A stretch of DNA of 64,000 bases from an uncultured bacterium (GTDB taxonomy: Bacteria; Verrucomicrobiota; Verrucomicrobiia; Limisphaerales; UBA8199). Position numbers and translations under genes: made by a program. Under the pieces are notes generated by a model, which ran no database searches, had not been told where the DNA came from, and was given only the letters and a program-made list of their open reading frames with translations. The DNA lies in contig CAVVMW010000015.1 of the NCBI GenBank assembly GCA_963749495.1, positions 96,001 through 160,000 of the forward strand, written 5' to 3'. Positions 10,595 to 21,062 of this stretch are shown here, one piece after another (position 1 is the stretch's first letter; every line of letters starts with the position of its first letter).

Positions 10595-13113
10595 TCACCG
10601 CTCGACCGAGAAATGCACGGGTTGGAAGCTGTCCCGGTCTTTGATCGTGAGCAACCCATCCGCGTAGGTCCAACCGCAGGGAGCATCCTCGAGTGTTAGG
10701 GCATCGAGACCGGGCAGGGGCGCCTTGGCCCGCCCGGTCCCGGCATAAACTCCACGCGGCATTTGTTCCAGCCAGAGTTCCAGAAGGAGGTCTTGAGCCG
10801 CTGGACGATACGAACCCGACGGCGCGGAAATCTCGACTGCAATCGTTTGGCCGTCGCGGGTTTGACGGAAACTCCGCTTCACGGAGACTCCGTTGCGATA
10901 GTCGAGGGTTGCCCCGTCATCTTCGTAGAGCGTGGCTTCGGACTGGGCTGCCGGAGCAACCAGGACGTTGAGTGGTTTGCCCGGCATTTGGCCGGTGTGC
11001 TGCACCAGGGTTTGCCGGAAGATGAACGCGCCGCTGCGCACGAACAGCGGCAGAGATTCCAGCGTTACCGGGAGTTTGATTTTCTTTCCGCCCGCGTAAC
11101 GGCGGCCCGTGCGGTAGTCATGCCAATCGCCCTTGGGCAGATAGACCGATCGCGTCGTCTCGCCTTCCCTGAGGACCGGGGCCACGAGCAGGTCCGCGCC
11201 AAAGAGGAACTGATCCTCGATCGCCGCGGCCTTGTCATCCTCGGGAAACTCGAGGAACATCGGCCGCAGGGCGGCACGCCGGTTTCGCTGGCCTGCTGCA
11301 CCACGTTGCAGATGTGGGGCAGCAATCGGTAGCGCAGTTCGATGGCACGCCGGTTAACGGGCTCGAATTGGTAGCCGAACGTCCACGGCTCCTTCTCGGG
11401 CACGCCCAGCTCGCTGTGCGAGCGCATGAAGGGATAAAAGACGCCGGTTTGCAGCCAGCGCGTGTAAAGCTCGGCCGGGGCCGCCTCCGCGAAACCGCCA
11501 ATATCGCTGCCGACAAAGGCGAACCCGGAGAGCCCCAGGCCCAGGAGCGTGGGGATCGACTGCCGCAGCGACAACCAATCCGCCGTGTTGTCACCGATCC
11601 AGACGGCGGCATAACGCTGGCCGCCCGCAAAGCTCAACCGTGTCAGCACAAACGGCCGCTGGTTGGGACGGAGCCGGGTCAAGCCGTCGAAGGTGGCGCG
11701 GCTCATCAACTGCCCATAGACATTGTGCAATTGGCGGGCGGTAGCGGGCTCGCCTTCGTTGTCGAACACGATATCCAGGGGCATGGTTCCGGAAGGCGTG
11801 TCAAAAACCGACGGTTCGTCCATGTCGTTCCAGATGCCCGCGATGCCGTCCTCGACAAACCCTTTGTGGAGTGAGCCCCACCAGTCGCGCGTGGCGGGCC
11901 GGCTGAAATCCGGGAATACGCTCGGCCCGGGAGTTTCGTCCGCCCGCAACGGCCACACCGGCCCTTCGTAGAGCGACCCATCCGGGTGCTTGAGAAAGTG
12001 ATTGCCCGCCAGGCCGCTGTCATAAGGGGCATAACCGGGTTCCCGCTTGGGATGTCCATCAGCGGCGCACACGACATGGAATCCCTGGGCCGCGAGATCT
12101 GAAATCAACCTTTTTGGATCCGGGAAGCGTCCGCGGTCCCAGGTGAACGGCTTGTAGTTGTCTTGAAAGTCAATATCGAGCCAGATGACATCGGCGGGGA
12201 TGGCTTTCTCGCGAAAGGCATTGGCCAGCAGGCGCACGCGGGACTCGGGATAGTAACTGTATCGAGACTGGTGGTAACCCAGTGCCCAGCGTGGCGGCAT
12301 GGGCATGCGGCCCGTGAGGGCGGTGTAGCGCTCGATCACCTGCTTGGGATGGGGTCCGTTGATGAAGTAATAGTCCAATTCGCCGCCTTCCGCGCCGAAG
12401 GTCAGCAGGTCCTGCCGCTCACGGCCGATGTCGAAGGTGCTGCGCCAGGTGTTGTCGAGGAACAGGCCGTGCGCCTTGCCTTGACGGAGCACGATGTAGA
12501 AGGGCACAGAGACGTAAAGCGGATCGGTGCTGGAATCATAAGAGTAAGTGTCCGTGTTCCACATCACGTAATTGTAGCCCCCCAGCGACCAGCCGCGTTT
12601 GTCCAGCCGCCCGTTTTTTTCGCCCAAGCCATAGACGTGCTCGTCGTCCCGCAGACGTTTGGCCACGCGGAACGAAGGGCCTGCCACGGCAATGCCGCGC
12701 TCGGGGTCGTCCGCATCGAGGCTCTCCCCTGCCCGGTCGGCAAAGGCGAGGCGAAATGGCTCGTGTTGCGCGGTCACCTTGAGCGAAGCGGTCTCGAGCG
12801 TGGAGGCGCCGGCCCCGATGTCAACCTTGGGCACGACCGCGCCGAGGTCGCGCTGGACGACCGCGTAGGAATGATCGCGCCCGAAAGCCCCGGCGGGGGC
12901 GAACCGGACCCGGATCACGTCGTCAGCCAGCGGCGTGATGGCCAGCACCCCCTGGTCGCCCTGAAAACGCAGCACCTTGCCGTCCCACGTGGGTGCGGAC
13001 ATTCGCCCCAGCGACGACCAACCGGCTGCCGGCGCGCCGACAGCCGGCGTGTTCCACGCGCCCGACGCAAGAGTGAGCCCCAACCCCACCGCCAGGAGGC
13101 TCGGCAGAGGCAT
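10595..13113 (-). CDS. GH31 alpha-glucosidase-family glycoside hydrolase with signal peptide, frameshift ~11270
   Basis: YGLGEK, PPRWALGYHQSR, WLDID, nucleophile motif WNDMDEP, WIGDN; C-terminal part DQFLFGADLLVAPV..LYEDDG lies in a second frame. Confidence 0.92.
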
Positions 13114-13255
13114 ACTGCGCCAGACCTTGAGTGATTTTCGCGACCTTTGTCGCTGCCTTTGTCGAAAACCCACGCCATTCGGCACAGGTTCCGACAAAGG
13201 CTGCGACAAAGGTTGCGACAAAGACACCAAAGTCATCCAAAGTCCCGTGCAGTGG
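13112..13255. repeat. 12-bp-unit palindromic MITE-like element, copy B (opposite orientation to copy A)
   Basis: Its reverse complement matches both outer arms of 6971-7116 (CTGCACxxGACTTTGGAxGACTT...GACAAAGGTCG..CTCAAxGTCxGGxGCAGTA). Confidence 0.88.
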
Positions 13256-13409
13256 AGCGCGGACCCCCAGGCGGCCCGTAGCGTCGGATGGCAAGATTCG
13301 CCTTGAACGATGCTCACGACATCATGCTCGCGATTTCGCGCGCCCGAGTCAAAGCGTTTAGTCGGCCCCGGGGTCACCGACGGCGAAAGGGGGCTTCGCT
13401 TGGCGCGAA

Positions 13410-13504
13410 GCGTTTTGGACTGGCGCAGTCCAAAACCTTCGGGCTTGGCGCCGGTTCATGGAGAGCCCCCTGTGGCTTCTGCCATTGCATTGGGACCATG
13501 AATC
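13410..13504. repeat. Collapsed copy of the TTTTGGACTG..CAGTCCAAAAC / GGTTCATGG..CCATGAA repeat family
   Basis: Shares both motifs with 20866-21062. Confidence 0.65.
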
Positions 13505-13675
13505 GGTTCACTGGCCTCCGCTGTACCCATGAGGAGGCGCGCATCAGGCCGGAAAACGATTCATATCCGCCACCCAACTCGGCCAACGTGCGGCGGAACG
13601 AGGTCCGCCACACGCTGGCGCAAGGATGAGTTTCCACCGATGCCGACGGGAGCAATTGGCGCCTCGAACGATAGA

Positions 13676-14686
13676 TCAGTCCTTGTCGCCGACGGGAGTC
13701 GCGATGAAGCCGTGCCAGTTGCCGGAAAGGTCAAGGTACGAGCCGACAATCTCACCGCGATCGTTGATGCTGTTGGCGGCGGTGGCTCCGCCGCCGATCG
13801 TTCCGGTGGTGCCTGGATAGTCCAGTGTGGTATAAACGCCGTGGGACAAGATGAACCCATGCTGGCTGGTGAAGGCTGTGTCGGCGTAGATGCCCACTAC
13901 GTCGCCTTTGTTGTTGATGGATACCGGAGTAGTGATAAAAGGCCCAGGTACCTCGACGGGGGCCACAGTGCCATCTTTGTGGACCAGGAAACCGTGCTGG
14001 GCCAAGTGAGCGACCTCCCACCAGCCAACCATTGTGCCGAGGTCGTTGATTCCGAGCAGGACGGTCTGTGCGGCACCGGGGTAATTATAGAGGCGGTACT
14101 CCCCGTCTTCGAGAATGAATCCTTGGAGGCCAAACGGCCAGGTAATCGCCTCGGGAGTCAGCGTGAAGGTTCCGATGATGGTGTCTTCGTCGTTGACGCT
14201 GACAGCCCCAGCGAAAAAGCCAGCGCCAGGCGCAACGGGTGGCAGGAGATGGATCCTCCCGTCGCGGCGCCGAACGAAGAAATCTACGTTTAGGGAGTTA
14301 ACAGGGGCGTCGCTGTAATCCCCCACGGCGACGCCGTTATCGTTGATGGCATCCACTTCGGTATAGCCCGCCAAGCCCGAAAGGTTGACGTCGATGAACG
14401 TGCCGTGGTCGAACAGAAACCCGATGGACAGAGGGGTTACGCCGTCGGCTGCGAACCTGCTATAGTTGCCCACGATCTCGCCGCGGTTGTTGATGCCGTA
14501 GTTCGCACTGTAGCCGAGTGACGGGGCGGCGCCAGGGACATCGAAGGTTTGAAACGTATAGGCAGGCGTTCGGTGGTCAGCACCATTCGCCGGCGAAACA
14601 GCGGCCAGGGCCAGGAGAGTGCACAGGACCGCGGATCCAACGGACGTGGTTGCCCGCGCGAGTTTGTGGTATGACATGTCTTTCAT
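13676..14686 (-). CDS. Secreted protein with HAF-type extracellular beta-propeller repeats
   Basis: Signal peptide; six repeats of xINxxGxxVGxY...HGF. Confidence 0.8.
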   Translation of the reverse strand: MKDMSYHKLARATTSVGSAVLCTLLALAAVSPANGADHRTPAYTFQTFDVPGAAPSLGYSANYGINNRGEIVGNYSRFAADGVTPLSIGFLFDHGTFIDVNLSGLAGYTEVDAINDNGVAVGDYSDAPVNSLNVDFFVRRRDGRIHLLPPVAPGAGFFAGAVSVNDEDTIIGTFTLTPEAITWPFGLQGFILEDGEYRLYNYPGAAQTVLLGINDLGTMVGWWEVAHLAQHGFLVHKDGTVAPVEVPGPFITTPVSINNKGDVVGIYADTAFTSQHGFILSHGVYTTLDYPGTTGTIGGGATAANSINDRGEIVGSYLDLSGNWHGFIATPVGDKD

Positions 14687-15001
14687 GCGTTGCTTTTCTT
14701 TCTTTTCAGGTGGCTTGCACCTGAGTCTTTGTTTTTGTTTGTTTGTGTGCTCTCGCCGCCGTTCGTCGGTGGCGAAATCCGTCTGCACCAGGCAACACTC
14801 CACCCAGCAGGGAGGGTTGCTCCCTTTTTTCAGGTGATTGCGTTTGATGCTCCGAGCTTGGCGGGCGAGGCTCAGTTCAATTCCGCAAGCTCGAAATCAA
14901 ACCAGCCTGCGCCGGGCAGGCTCGTTCGCGTTACAAAAATCCGCAGCACGCCACATGGACCGCGGAAGATCCGAACTGTTCCTCAAGAGTTTTCATTCCA
15001 C

Positions 15002-17582
15002 TTATAGCTTGGTCCTCTGCGCCGCCTCGAGCTCAGCCCAGGACGGCGCGCGCCAGAGGTAGAGCACGTTCCGGGTGCTTAGACAGCCAAGCAAGCAACC
15101 GTCGGCGGAGAATCGGGGCACCCCAAACCGAGCCGTTTCGGCCTGCAGCCCGAGCAGCTCCTTTTGGCTGGCCAGGTCCCACAGGGTAAGGGCGCCGGCG
15201 CCGTCGCGGCTGGCGGTGGCCAGTGTCCCAGCATCGGGCCAGAGGACCATGCCGTCCACCAGGTGGCGGTGGCCCGTAAGTTGAGGGCCGATTTGCTTGC
15301 CGGACTGGACATCCCACAGCCGCAGGATCGAACGGTTTGAGCCCTCGGCCGTGATCAAAAGCGCGCCGTCTTGAGAAAACACGGCATTCCCGTCAAACTC
15401 GCCGTCCGGGCATTTCACACCCCAACGCAGCTTGCCCGTTCGATAAATCGATAAGCTGCAGCTCAGCACCACAGATAGCGGCCGATTTCAGGTTCGGATC
15501 AACCGCGACATATCCGTTCCCGTATTCCGGCCAGGGTATGAACGCGGTATAGTTTGTGAGGAGCGTACCCTCAGGAATCCGCCAGAGGGTGAGCTGACCG
15601 TCTGCGGCACTCATTGGATTTACTGCCGAAGCGAAGAGGCTGCGACCATCCCGGGAGAACGCGAGGCCGGCACAGTAATTGCCAGGAGGAAGATCGAAGA
15701 GCTTCCGCGTGGTTTGCGAGTTCCACAAGTGAACGCTTTGATGCCAATTGGTGGCGGTGTGTTCGTCGCCACAGAATGCCAGCAGTGGTTCCGGCGAAAA
15801 GGCCAAATTGGCCAGGCCTGTTGGATAAAGGTTTGTAATCACCCATGGGGCTCCCAAATTTGAAATATCCAACACCGCGGTCCCCGCACCCTCATCGATC
15901 TCCCCAACCGCGAGCCACTTCCCATCACGGGAGATGGCCAGGTCCTGGACACCGCTCTTGCTCTGCCACAGTTTGAGCAGAGCGTCACTCGTGCATTGCT
16001 GCCAGAGATAACGCCACTCCCAGCCGCGCAGGTCGCTTTCTGCTTTCTGCTTTCTGCCTTCTGCTTGCTTCTCCGGCCGATACCTCTCCAGGAGCTTGCG
16101 AGCGAGACCGAAATTGTCCTCGGCCAGCGCCCGCTGGGCGAGGTTTATATCTGAAGCGTAGGCTTCCTGGCGGGCGGCCGATTCGCTCCCTTCCGCGCGC
16201 TGGCGTTGTTCTTGAGCGACGGTGGATTTTTCGGTCGCCAGGCGCTCGGCCCGTCTCGCACGGAACGCTTCGAAGGTACTCAGGGCACCGCCAAACAACA
16301 AGACCACGGCCACCGCTCCCGCCGCTCCCACCACCAGTTTGTTCCGTCGAACTAATTTTTGAAAGCGATATGCTGCGCTCGGGGGGCGGGCAACGACCGG
16401 CTCGTTGCTCAAGTGCCGCTGGAGGTCCATCGCCAGACCGTTGGCCGTGTCGTAACGGTGTGCCCGGTCCTTCTCCAGGCACTTCATCACGATCCAGTCC
16501 AGATCGCCTCGCACCAGATGAAGGAGCTTCGGCGGCTCGGTTTGCCGCGCCTTGGCTGCCGTCCTCAACTCCGCCTCCACCAAGGTGTTCAACCGTGTCG
16601 AGGGCCGTAGCGGCTCCCGCTCCCTGATGGTGCGGCGCATTTCGTCCAAACCAGCCTCCAACAGCTCTTTGGCCTCGAACGGCGTCTTGCCCGTCAACAG
16701 CTCGTAGAGCAGCACCCCCAAGCCGTAAATGTCGGTCCGTGTGTTGATATCCACGCTGGTCATCTCGGCTTGTTCCGGGCTCATGTAGGCCGGCGTGCCG
16801 ATAAGTTGCTGAAACTGAGTATAGACGGTCTTGTCGGTGAGGTCCCCTTGCGTGGCTTTGGCAATGCCAAAATCAATCACCTTGGGCACAGGCACGCCAT
16901 CATTGACGGTCACCAGGATGTTGGACGGCTTGAGGTCCCGGTGGATGATGCCTTTCTGGTGAGCGTGTTGAACCGCGCGGCAAACCTCGATGAACAACTT
17001 GAGCCGTTCCTGGGTTGGCAACTGGTTCTGGTCGCAGAACTCGGTGATCTTGACCCCACGGACCAGTTCCATCACGAAGTAGGGCCGTCCGGTGTCGGTT
17101 GCGCCGGCGTCGAGCACCTTGGCGATGTTCGGATGGTCCATCATCGCCAGCGCCTGCCGTTCGGCCTCGAAGCGAGCCACGACCGAACGGGTATCCATCC
17201 CGAGCTTGATCACCTTCAGGGCCACCCGCCGGCGGACCGGTTCGGTTTGCTCCGCCACATAGACCATCCCGCAGCCTCCTTCGCCGATTTTTTCCATCAG
17301 TTTGTAGCGGCCAATCACAGAGCCCGGCTGCTCTTCGACCCGCGAGTTTGCTTGGGCGGGGGCAAGGTGAGCGGCGGGCGCGAACAGGTTGTTCGCAATT
17401 ACCGCGTTCCGGCCAAAGAACGAGTCGGCTTGCGGAGCGTTCGCCAGCAAGCCTTCGATCCTCCGGCGCATTTCCGGTTTGCCCTCGCAGGCAAGATCCA
17501 GATATTGCCGCAGCTTCTCCGCGTCGGCGAACTGCTGCGCCGCGTTGAAGATGACCTCTTCGCTTGGGTCCAGTTCCTTCAT
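15002..17582 (-). CDS. Ser/Thr protein kinase with TM helix and WD40 repeats, frameshift ~15440
   Basis: IGEGGCGMVY, VALK, HRDLKPSN, IDFG, GTPAYMSPE, DLRGWEWRYL; WD40 repeats (LTGH..LATAS..LWD) in the second frame. Confidence 0.92.
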
Positions 17583-17664
17583 TATCCGTCAGCCACAATG
17601 GTCGTTCTACTAAAGAGTACGCCGTTTCGCGCTCAAACCCGACACGCCCGCAAACTTTTTTGCA

Positions 17665-17808
17665 ACTGTTCAGGTGGGCACGCGTGGGGCAGACCTCCGG
17701 TCTGCCGGTTCCAGGGGCCTCTGGCCCCGAGCCTTGGACGTGCAAGGGACACGGAGCCGGAGGCTCCGTGAACCGGCAGACCAGAGGTCTGCCCCACACC
17801 TGAACAGT
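17665..17808. repeat. Nested palindromic element between the ECF sigma and kinase genes
   Basis: ACTGTTCAGGTG...CACCTGAACAGT enclosing GTGGGGCAGACCTCxGGTCTGCCGGTTC...GAACCGGCAGACCAGAGGTCTGCCCCAC. Confidence 0.88.
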
Positions 17809-17817
17809 CACACTTCT

Positions 17818-18408
17818 TTATGCCTTGGGTGGTTTCACGTGCTCAAACAGCCAGGCCTTGGCGTAGCGCCAATAACGCTCGACTGTGCGGGGAGAGATGT
17901 GAAGCAGTTCCGCGGTCTCCTTTTCATCGAGTCCGACAAAAAATCGCAATTTGACCACCTCCGCCTTCTCTGGCGCGAGCACGGCCAGTTCATCGAGCGC
18001 GGAGTTGATCTGGAGAAGCTGTTCATCGTCACCTGGCGCGGCGAATTCTATGGCGTCCAGATCCACACGTTCCAACTCGGCGCCATGGCGGGCGCGGAGT
18101 TTTCTGCGGGCGCGCTCGACCAGGATGTGCCGCATCGCCTGGGCAGCAGAGGCAAAGAAATGTCCGCGGCTCTCCCATCGTGGCATCTGTCCGGCACTCA
18201 ACCTCAGCCAGGCTTCGTGAACCAGCGCGGTGGCTTGCAGCGTCTGGCCCGGCGGTTGTTGCGCCATCTTGACGGCCGCCAGTTTGCGCAGCTCGTCATA
18301 AACCAGCGTCAGCAGCTTCTCGGCCGCTTGTTCATCCCCAGCCCCAACCGCGTCGAGGACTTTGGTCACCTGTTCCGCCGACTCGTCCGCGCTCCTATCC
18401 GGCGGCAC
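17818..18408 (-). CDS. ECF sigma factor of the PVC kinase-associated type
   Basis: LVYDELRKLA, TLQATALVHEAWLRL, AMRHILVERAR, VKLRFFVGL..RTVERYWRYAKAWL; directly upstream of the kinase. Confidence 0.93.
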   Translation of the reverse strand: MPPDRSADESAEQVTKVLDAVGAGDEQAAEKLLTLVYDELRKLAAVKMAQQPPGQTLQATALVHEAWLRLSAGQMPRWESRGHFFASAAQAMRHILVERARRKLRARHGAELERVDLDAIEFAAPGDDEQLLQINSALDELAVLAPEKAEVVKLRFFVGLDEKETAELLHISPRTVERYWRYAKAWLFEHVKPPKA

Positions 18409-18464
18409 TTTTCATTGCGACCTGAACCGTTACAGCCTTTTGCGGAGGCCGGGGCGCGATCCGC

Positions 18465-20592
18465 TCAAGCTGTTTGGGGGGCCGTAGCGAGCGCCCGGCG
18501 GTCGTGGGGGCCGGGCCGCCGGATGCCGGTGACGGCGGAGACAAGCACCTGCCGGAGAATGACGCCAGCCGCTGGCTGCGATTGCCGCCTGATTTCGACG
18601 CGCACCGAGGTGGGTCGCTCCACGTCAATGACCAGACCGCATTGTCCACAAGCCCGGCACACGTACACGGGCCCCCCGTCTCAACGAGAATCTGGTTGTG
18701 CGCCACAACGACAATGGCGATGGGTTCGTCGTGCGGCCCGTCCAAATCGACCTGCAAGACATAGCGTCCGGCCTCGGGCAAGGCACAATCCGGGCTGCGG
18801 AGCGAGCCTGCGGCGACGGGCAGATCCACAAGTTTGCGCAGCGCGACGCCCTCGTAGGCGGATTCGGCCCAAGGCGGCAGGGCCACCACGTTGGCGACAT
18901 TATACTCGCTGCCCTTAAGCCGCTGCTGATAGTAGGGGCGGTTGACCCGGCAGTAGAGGTTCGCGTCAAAACACCGGTAGCCCAGGGATTCCAGATAATC
19001 GAGGGAGCCGCGATCGGCGTGGGGCCAGTATTCGAGGATGACCATCGGGGCGTGCCGGCGCAAGGTCCGCTCAGCGCCCAGCAGCGCCTCATACTCGACG
19101 CCCTCAATATCCAGCTTGATGGCGGTTGGGCAAAGCGCCCGCTGGGCGACATAATCATCGAGGCTGATCGTCTCGACGGTCTCCTGGCTGTCGGAGACCT
19201 TGTTGAGCAGGCTCGAGGCCTGGCCCAGAGCCGATCGTCGCAGTAGAGCGAGAGTTTTTCCCCGCTCTTCGACCAGACCGCGCGGTTGAGCACCGTCACG
19301 TTTGTGGCGCCGTTGAGAGCCAAATCTCGGGTCAGGACAGGTATGATGCGCGGATTCGCCTCAAAGGCATGGATTTGCCCTGCGGGACCGACCCTCCGGG
19401 ACATGGCGATGGCGATGGCGCCCACGTTAGCCCCGGCGTCCAGGGCACAATCGCCCGGTTCAAGGAAATCAGCCAGGCACAGTTGCACGGCGACCTCGCA
19501 CGGAATGCGCGGACCATAGAGTTGGGCCGGGTGCAGTTGCAGCATCCGTTGCGCCGCGGGCTGCAGCTTGGAGTCCGCCGGCGCGCAGGGCTGGGGACTC
19601 CGCCCCGCCGATTGGAGGGCGATAACGCGCTTGAGCCGTTGGAGGTTCGTTTGGGCCGGTTCGAGGCCGGGGGCCAGGCGCAGCGCCTGCTCGAGGGCCT
19701 GCCCGGCGGCTTCGTAGTGGCCGAGTTGGAATAGAAGGTCGGCCAGGGTTAGGCAGAGGGCGACGGCTTGGGGATGCTTTGAGATGGCCTCCAGCAGCAC
19801 AGCCGCAGCCGCGGCAATGCCGCCGGTCGAGGAGGCGGTCTGGGCCTGCGCCATGCCTGTGGCCTGCGTCGGCTCGTCCTGGGCCAAGGAAGCGGCGCTG
19901 GGTTCGGTGGAGGCGGCGGGCGGGCGGGGCGCATCTTCTTTGGCCCGCAACAAGGCCAGGCCACGGAGCGCGGCAGGATGGTTGGGATCAAGCGTCAGGA
20001 CGCTCTGAAGGGCGGCCCGGGAACCCGCCCGGTCGCCCAGGCCATCCCGGCAATGGGCCAGGGCCAGGAGGGTCTGGACGTTGTTGGGTTGCAGCACGAG
20101 AATTCGTTCATAGAGCTTCACGCTTGCGGTCAGGTTGCCGTGCTGGAGATTGGTATCGGCCAACAACTGAAGGGCAGGCACGCAGTCCGGGGCCAGGCGC
20201 ATAGCCCGAGTCAATGCGGCTTCGAAAGCAGCAACATCCTTAAGCTGGAAGCACGCGGCGGCCAATTGCACCAACAGGATGGGATCGCGCCCATCGAGGC
20301 GGGCCGCCCGTTCAAACTCGCGGCGCGCTGCGGCGAAATCGCCGAGTTGAAAATGGATGCCGCCCAACCTCGCGGCGAGTGGCGCGCTGGCGGGAGCCTG
20401 CTCGAGGGCCTGGGTCAACGTGGCGCGGCAGGACGCGAGGTCGCCTCGGACAAATTCTGCGTTTGCCCGATCCAGGACATCCTGGGGCACGGCAACACTG
20501 GTGCAATTGACAGGAAATTGCCCTTTGAGGAGCTGTCCCATCATTGACTCTGCGCAAGGGAGGGAGGGTTGGCTTTCGGTCTCACTCATCAT
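18465..20592 (-). CDS. TPR-repeat protein fused to a FkbM-family methyltransferase, frameshifts ~19224 and ~18675
   Basis: Multiple TPRs; LDAGANVG, HAFEANP, then ETISLDDY..IKLDIEGVEYEALLGA after the shift. Start uncertain. Confidence 0.85.
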
Positions 20593-20865
20593 GGCCGGAT
20601 GCTGCCAAGCGGCAGCCGTGATGTCAAACGGGGACTCCTGGCAGTTTGCGTGAGGTTCACGCAAATCGCGCGAAATTCACGCATAGTCCGGGGGAGAGGA
20701 CTCGTTTTCCTGGGGAAAGAGTGGCTGGCACTGGTTATGCTCAAGTGAGGTACTCCACCCGGGGCGCCGTTGCCTCTTGCGCCAGAGCGATGAGGCCTTG
20801 GTCCGTGTTGGCGCGTGCGGGAAGACACGGGCAGCGACGTATGAACTCTGACCTGACTATGAAGG

Positions 20866-21062
20866 GCAACACTCTCTCAATGAACCGACCCCGAGCCCGC
20901 AAGGTTTTGGACTGCGGCAGTCCCCTGCCGCTTTCGCGTCCCCAGGGTCCAAAAAGCGGCAGAAGACTGCCGCAGTCCAAAACGCTTCGCGGCTTCCGCC
21001 GCCATGCACCAGCCGGTTCATGGTCCCAATACGGGATCTCACAATCGTGGAGGCTCGTCATG
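20866..21062. repeat. Composite palindromic repeat directly upstream of the Gly-rich gene
   Basis: GTTTTGGACTGCGGCAGTC..TGCCGCTTT / AAAGCGGCA..GACTGCCGCAGTCCAAAAC (20904-20983), flanked by ATGAACC..GGTTCAT. Confidence 0.85.

Noticed and set aside
13114..13377. Long N-terminal ORF-track extensions of GH31 (likewise DegT to 49181, amidase to 53187, GspE from 4631, HAD to 47643)
   Set aside because: They are read-through of repeats or of neighbouring genes; signal peptides or family similarity begin at the downstream starts used.
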